This document shows positions 61,833 to 64,000 of a DNA stretch of 64,000 nt, one piece after another (positions within the stretch are counted from its first letter, which is position 1; each line of letters opens with the position of its first letter). This DNA is from a virus (lineage: Duplodnaviria; Heunggongvirae; Uroviricota; Caudoviricetes). The translations under genes and the position numbers were made by a program. A model generated the notes under the pieces. That model worked only from the letters and a program-made list of their open reading frames with translations. It did not search any database and was not told the DNA's origin. The DNA lies in the IMG/VR virus record IMGVR_UViG_3300026472_000003, positions 18,851-82,850 of that record, one strand, 5' to 3'.

Positions 61833-62175
61833 TTGGTTGTTTACTGGTTATCATTACTTGCCCTACATTATTATGTTCGTTCTTTGGGGTTCGCTTGGGG
61901 CAATTATAATGTCCGGCAACTGGGTTTTCCGATTGAAAAGTATGGTGGCTTACGGGATTCTCTGCGGTGCGTTGTTTGGAGGAATGTCTACATCGCAAGA
62001 TTACCGTCTCTATAAAAACAATATGACGACCTGCATGAAACCTGCCGCGATGGCGGCGGGGTATGTCTTCGACGCACAGTCTGAGAAGTGTATGAAACCG
62101 TTCGTTGGTTATGTTCCAGTGTCGAGCTATGGGAACATTGAAGTTAAACCAAAACCTAACCCCATCACTATTTAG
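61816..62175 (+). CDS. membrane protein
   Basis: GAGG RBS; two TM segments. Confidence 0.7.
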   Translation: MLSYIDWLFTGYHYLPYIIMFVLWGSLGAIIMSGNWVFRLKSMVAYGILCGALFGGMSTSQDYRLYKNNMTTCMKPAAMAAGYVFDAQSEKCMKPFVGYVPVSSYGNIEVKPKPNPITI

Positions 62176-62183
62176 GAGAGACC

Positions 62184-62579
62184 ATGTTTAAATGGCTAAA
62201 GAAGTTCTTCACTAGCAAGAATGAAGATATCGTTGATGCTATTCTTGAAAAGGAGAAAGCCAAAAAGGTTGATGAATACATCTTGGCGAAGCGCCTGTTG
62301 GAGAGTGAGATCAAATACCCAACACCGCCACGGCGACAGAATGTTCGTCCGGTACGTGTTGACGACAAACCGCGTTCGACAGAGCAGTCTCGGACTTCCA
62401 CCCAGACTCCATCTGATGATACGGCGGTAATCATTATGACAACGGCGATAGTGGCGGACTCCATGCAGACCACTTCACATATTCCGTCATCCTCACCGAG
62501 TTACTCTTCACCTTCTTGGGGTGGAGATAGCAGTAGCTGTTCCTCCGACTCAGGTGGTGGCGGAGGTGGGTGTGACTAA
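62184..62579 (+). CDS. hypothetical protein with a Ser/Gly-rich tail
   Basis: AGGAG RBS; ends SSSCSSDSGGGGGGCD. Confidence 0.75.
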   Translation: MFKWLKKFFTSKNEDIVDAILEKEKAKKVDEYILAKRLLESEIKYPTPPRRQNVRPVRVDDKPRSTEQSRTSTQTPSDDTAVIIMTTAIVADSMQTTSHIPSSSPSYSSPSWGGDSSSCSSDSGGGGGGCD

Positions 62580-62613
62580 AACAACACAAATAACGATACA
62601 GGAGAAACACAGC

Positions 62614-62832
62614 ATGAAATTTTTAACAGCACTCGGGCTTGCCTTTATTATCCTGAAACTTTGCGGTGTGATCGCATGGTCTTGGTGGTTGGTACTGTTA
62701 CCGTTGTACTTCGGCATTGCAGCTCTGTTCTTCTTCTTGGTTGTGTTCATTGCCAGTGCATTTGGTGTCGCCCTGGCAGGAACGGCCCTTGAAGGAATCC
62801 AGAGAGCACGAGGTAAGAAGAAAAACAAATAA
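62614..62832 (+). CDS. small membrane protein
   Basis: LAFIILKLCGVIAWSWWLVLLPL; AGGAG RBS. Confidence 0.75.
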   Translation: MKFLTALGLAFIILKLCGVIAWSWWLVLLPLYFGIAALFFFLVVFIASAFGVALAGTALEGIQRARGKKKNK

Positions 62833-62836
62833 CTAA

Positions 62837-62865
62837 TTGACATTGAACTGTCAAAAAGGTAAGAT
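62837..62865 (+). promoter_or_regulatory. sigma70 promoter whose -35 is one arm of an inverted repeat
   Basis: TTGACA-ttgaac-TGTCAA...; 17-nt spacer; TAAGAT. Confidence 0.75.
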
Positions 62866-62904
62866 TATCAATCTCAGAATACTGCACCAAACAAGGAGAA
62901 TGAA

Positions 62905-63258
62905 GTGACACAAGAAACAGCTCAATCAACTGAGACAGCCTACCTGGGTATGAATCCAAGTCAGTTCGGGATTCTGATGTCTTTGACCAGCTTGTCTCGT
63001 CAAATGCAACAGATGGTCGAAGGACAGGACATGAAGGATGTTATGGTCAAACTGATTGAAGACCACCCAGGAAAAAGCAGTGAAGACACCTTAGCTTGGG
63101 TTCGTATGCAAAGAAACCACCTGCTGAACGTGCTTCATGGTGTGATGATGTCACAGAATATTCTGGCGCAAATTGACGACGCGATTGTCAATGACTTGCT
63201 CTCCACTAAGGCAAAAGTGGAAGCGGCACCAGAAGTAAATGAACAAACTGAACAATAA
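62905..63258 (+). CDS. helical hypothetical protein
   Basis: AAGGAG RBS; GTG start. Confidence 0.75.
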   Translation: MTQETAQSTETAYLGMNPSQFGILMSLTSLSRQMQQMVEGQDMKDVMVKLIEDHPGKSSEDTLAWVRMQRNHLLNVLHGVMMSQNILAQIDDAIVNDLLSTKAKVEAAPEVNEQTEQ

Positions 63259-63272
63259 CAGACGGAGAGAAG

Positions 63273-64000
63273 ATGACTGCGATTCAAGAATATAAAGACC
63301 CAATGTCCGGCAAAATTAACACCTTTGCCCGTGGCAGCATTAAATTCATCAGCATTAAACCTGTCAAACCAGGCCCGAATGTTGTTGACGGCCTGAAAAC
63401 CACTTACATCAAGGTGCCAGGCCAACCGGATAAAAAGATCGAAGCCACACACTCAATCAGTGTCCTGCTACAATCTGTGGACGATAACTTAAATGTTGTC
63501 GATTCCAACGAACAGGGTGAGTGGGTGAGCATGGGTGAGAAGAAACTGCACCCGAGCCACGCGGATAAAATCCAAGTCAAGTTTGACACTGGCTATAAGG
63601 ATATCCTCCCTGGTATGGTTGTTTCATTCCCGTTGAAGGTTTCTAAAAACGGCGACAAAACTTACTACAACGGCACGTTAAGCGGTAAAACGTTCAACGT
63701 TCTGGATGAGAGTAAGGCAGGCGCTCCGGCACCACGCAGCAATGCTCCGGCTTCCGCCCCTGCGGCAGCGACACCAGATGCTGGCTCAGTGAAGATCTTC
63801 GGTGAAATCACGGCTATCAATGGCAATGTTGCGACTGTCAATGACGAGCACATGGGGCCAGGCGATGTTGTTCTGTCGGATGAGCAATTATCCAAGGTAA
63901 AAGTTGGTGGACGTTTGGGTGCTTTTGTTGTGAAGGCAACTGGCGAGATCTCCGGCGGATTCCGTCCTTACGGCCCTGCGGGTCAGAATGCAAGTTCTGG
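63273..64000 (+). CDS. beta-rich protein, 3' truncated (candidate ssDNA-binding protein); not in the ORF track
   Basis: GGAG RBS; open from MTAIQEYKDP to the window end; Ala/Pro linker between two beta-rich domains. Confidence 0.6.
   Translation, partial: MTAIQEYKDPMSGKINTFARGSIKFISIKPVKPGPNVVDGLKTTYIKVPGQPDKKIEATHSISVLLQSVDDNLNVVDSNEQGEWVSMGEKKLHPSHADKIQVKFDTGYKDILPGMVVSFPLKVSKNGDKTYYNGTLSGKTFNVLDESKAGAPAPRSNAPASAPAAATPDAGSVKIFGEITAINGNVATVNDEHMGPGDVVLSDEQLSKVKVGGRLGAFVVKATGEISGGFRPYGPAGQNASS

Noticed and set aside
31-63895. The many 60-160-aa ORFs antisense to or nested in assigned genes
   Set aside because: They overlap genes with clear motifs, RBSs and operon coupling, and show no motifs of their own
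1-64000. tRNA, rRNA, integrase, transposase, structural or lysis cassette genes
   Set aside because: No cloverleaf with T-loop GTTC and CCA context, and no such protein motifs, were recognised by eye; tRNAscan-SE and HMM searches would be needed to exclude them fully

Overview
This is a 64-kb segment of a large lytic tailed-phage genome. The gene set (rIIA/rIIB, fused primase-helicase, family A DNA polymerase, NadR-PnuC, SleB-type hydrolase, MoxR/vWA, Rnl2) and the sigma70-type promoters suggest an rV5/PVP-SE1/CR3-like myovirus of an enterobacterial host; that assignment is inferred from gene content, not from a database search. No structural genes, tRNAs, rRNAs, integrase or CRISPR array were seen. 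Layout: (1) 1-6.2 kb, rightward small hypothetical and membrane genes. (2) 7.4-8.9 kb, a long non-coding tract. (3) 8.9-18.3 kb, an island of small, mostly leftward genes, many with their own near-consensus sigma70 promoter, and many of those promoters are embedded in inverted repeats. (4) 18.9-19.5 kb, a non-coding iteron-like repeat cluster with a promoter firing into it. (5) 19.5-28.4 kb, a leftward arm (LysM, HAD, MazG, wHTH gene plus origin-like repeats, vWA metallopeptidase, HNHs). (6) 28.6-64 kb, a rightward metabolism and replication arm. Best-supported highlights: a group I intron (51365-52095) with an HNH ORF splits the polymerase motif-C His-Asp-Glu; a single-base frameshift splits a ~680-aa gene (54047-56088); a minimal class II aminoacyl-tRNA-synthetase-like gene is coupled to MazG-like and DUF4326 genes; and there is a set of candidate counter-defence enzymes (NadR-PnuC, macrodomain, ppGpp-hydrolase-like HD protein, MazG, RNA ligase, Lar-like protein, methyltransferase). 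All functional calls come from motif recognition by eye.
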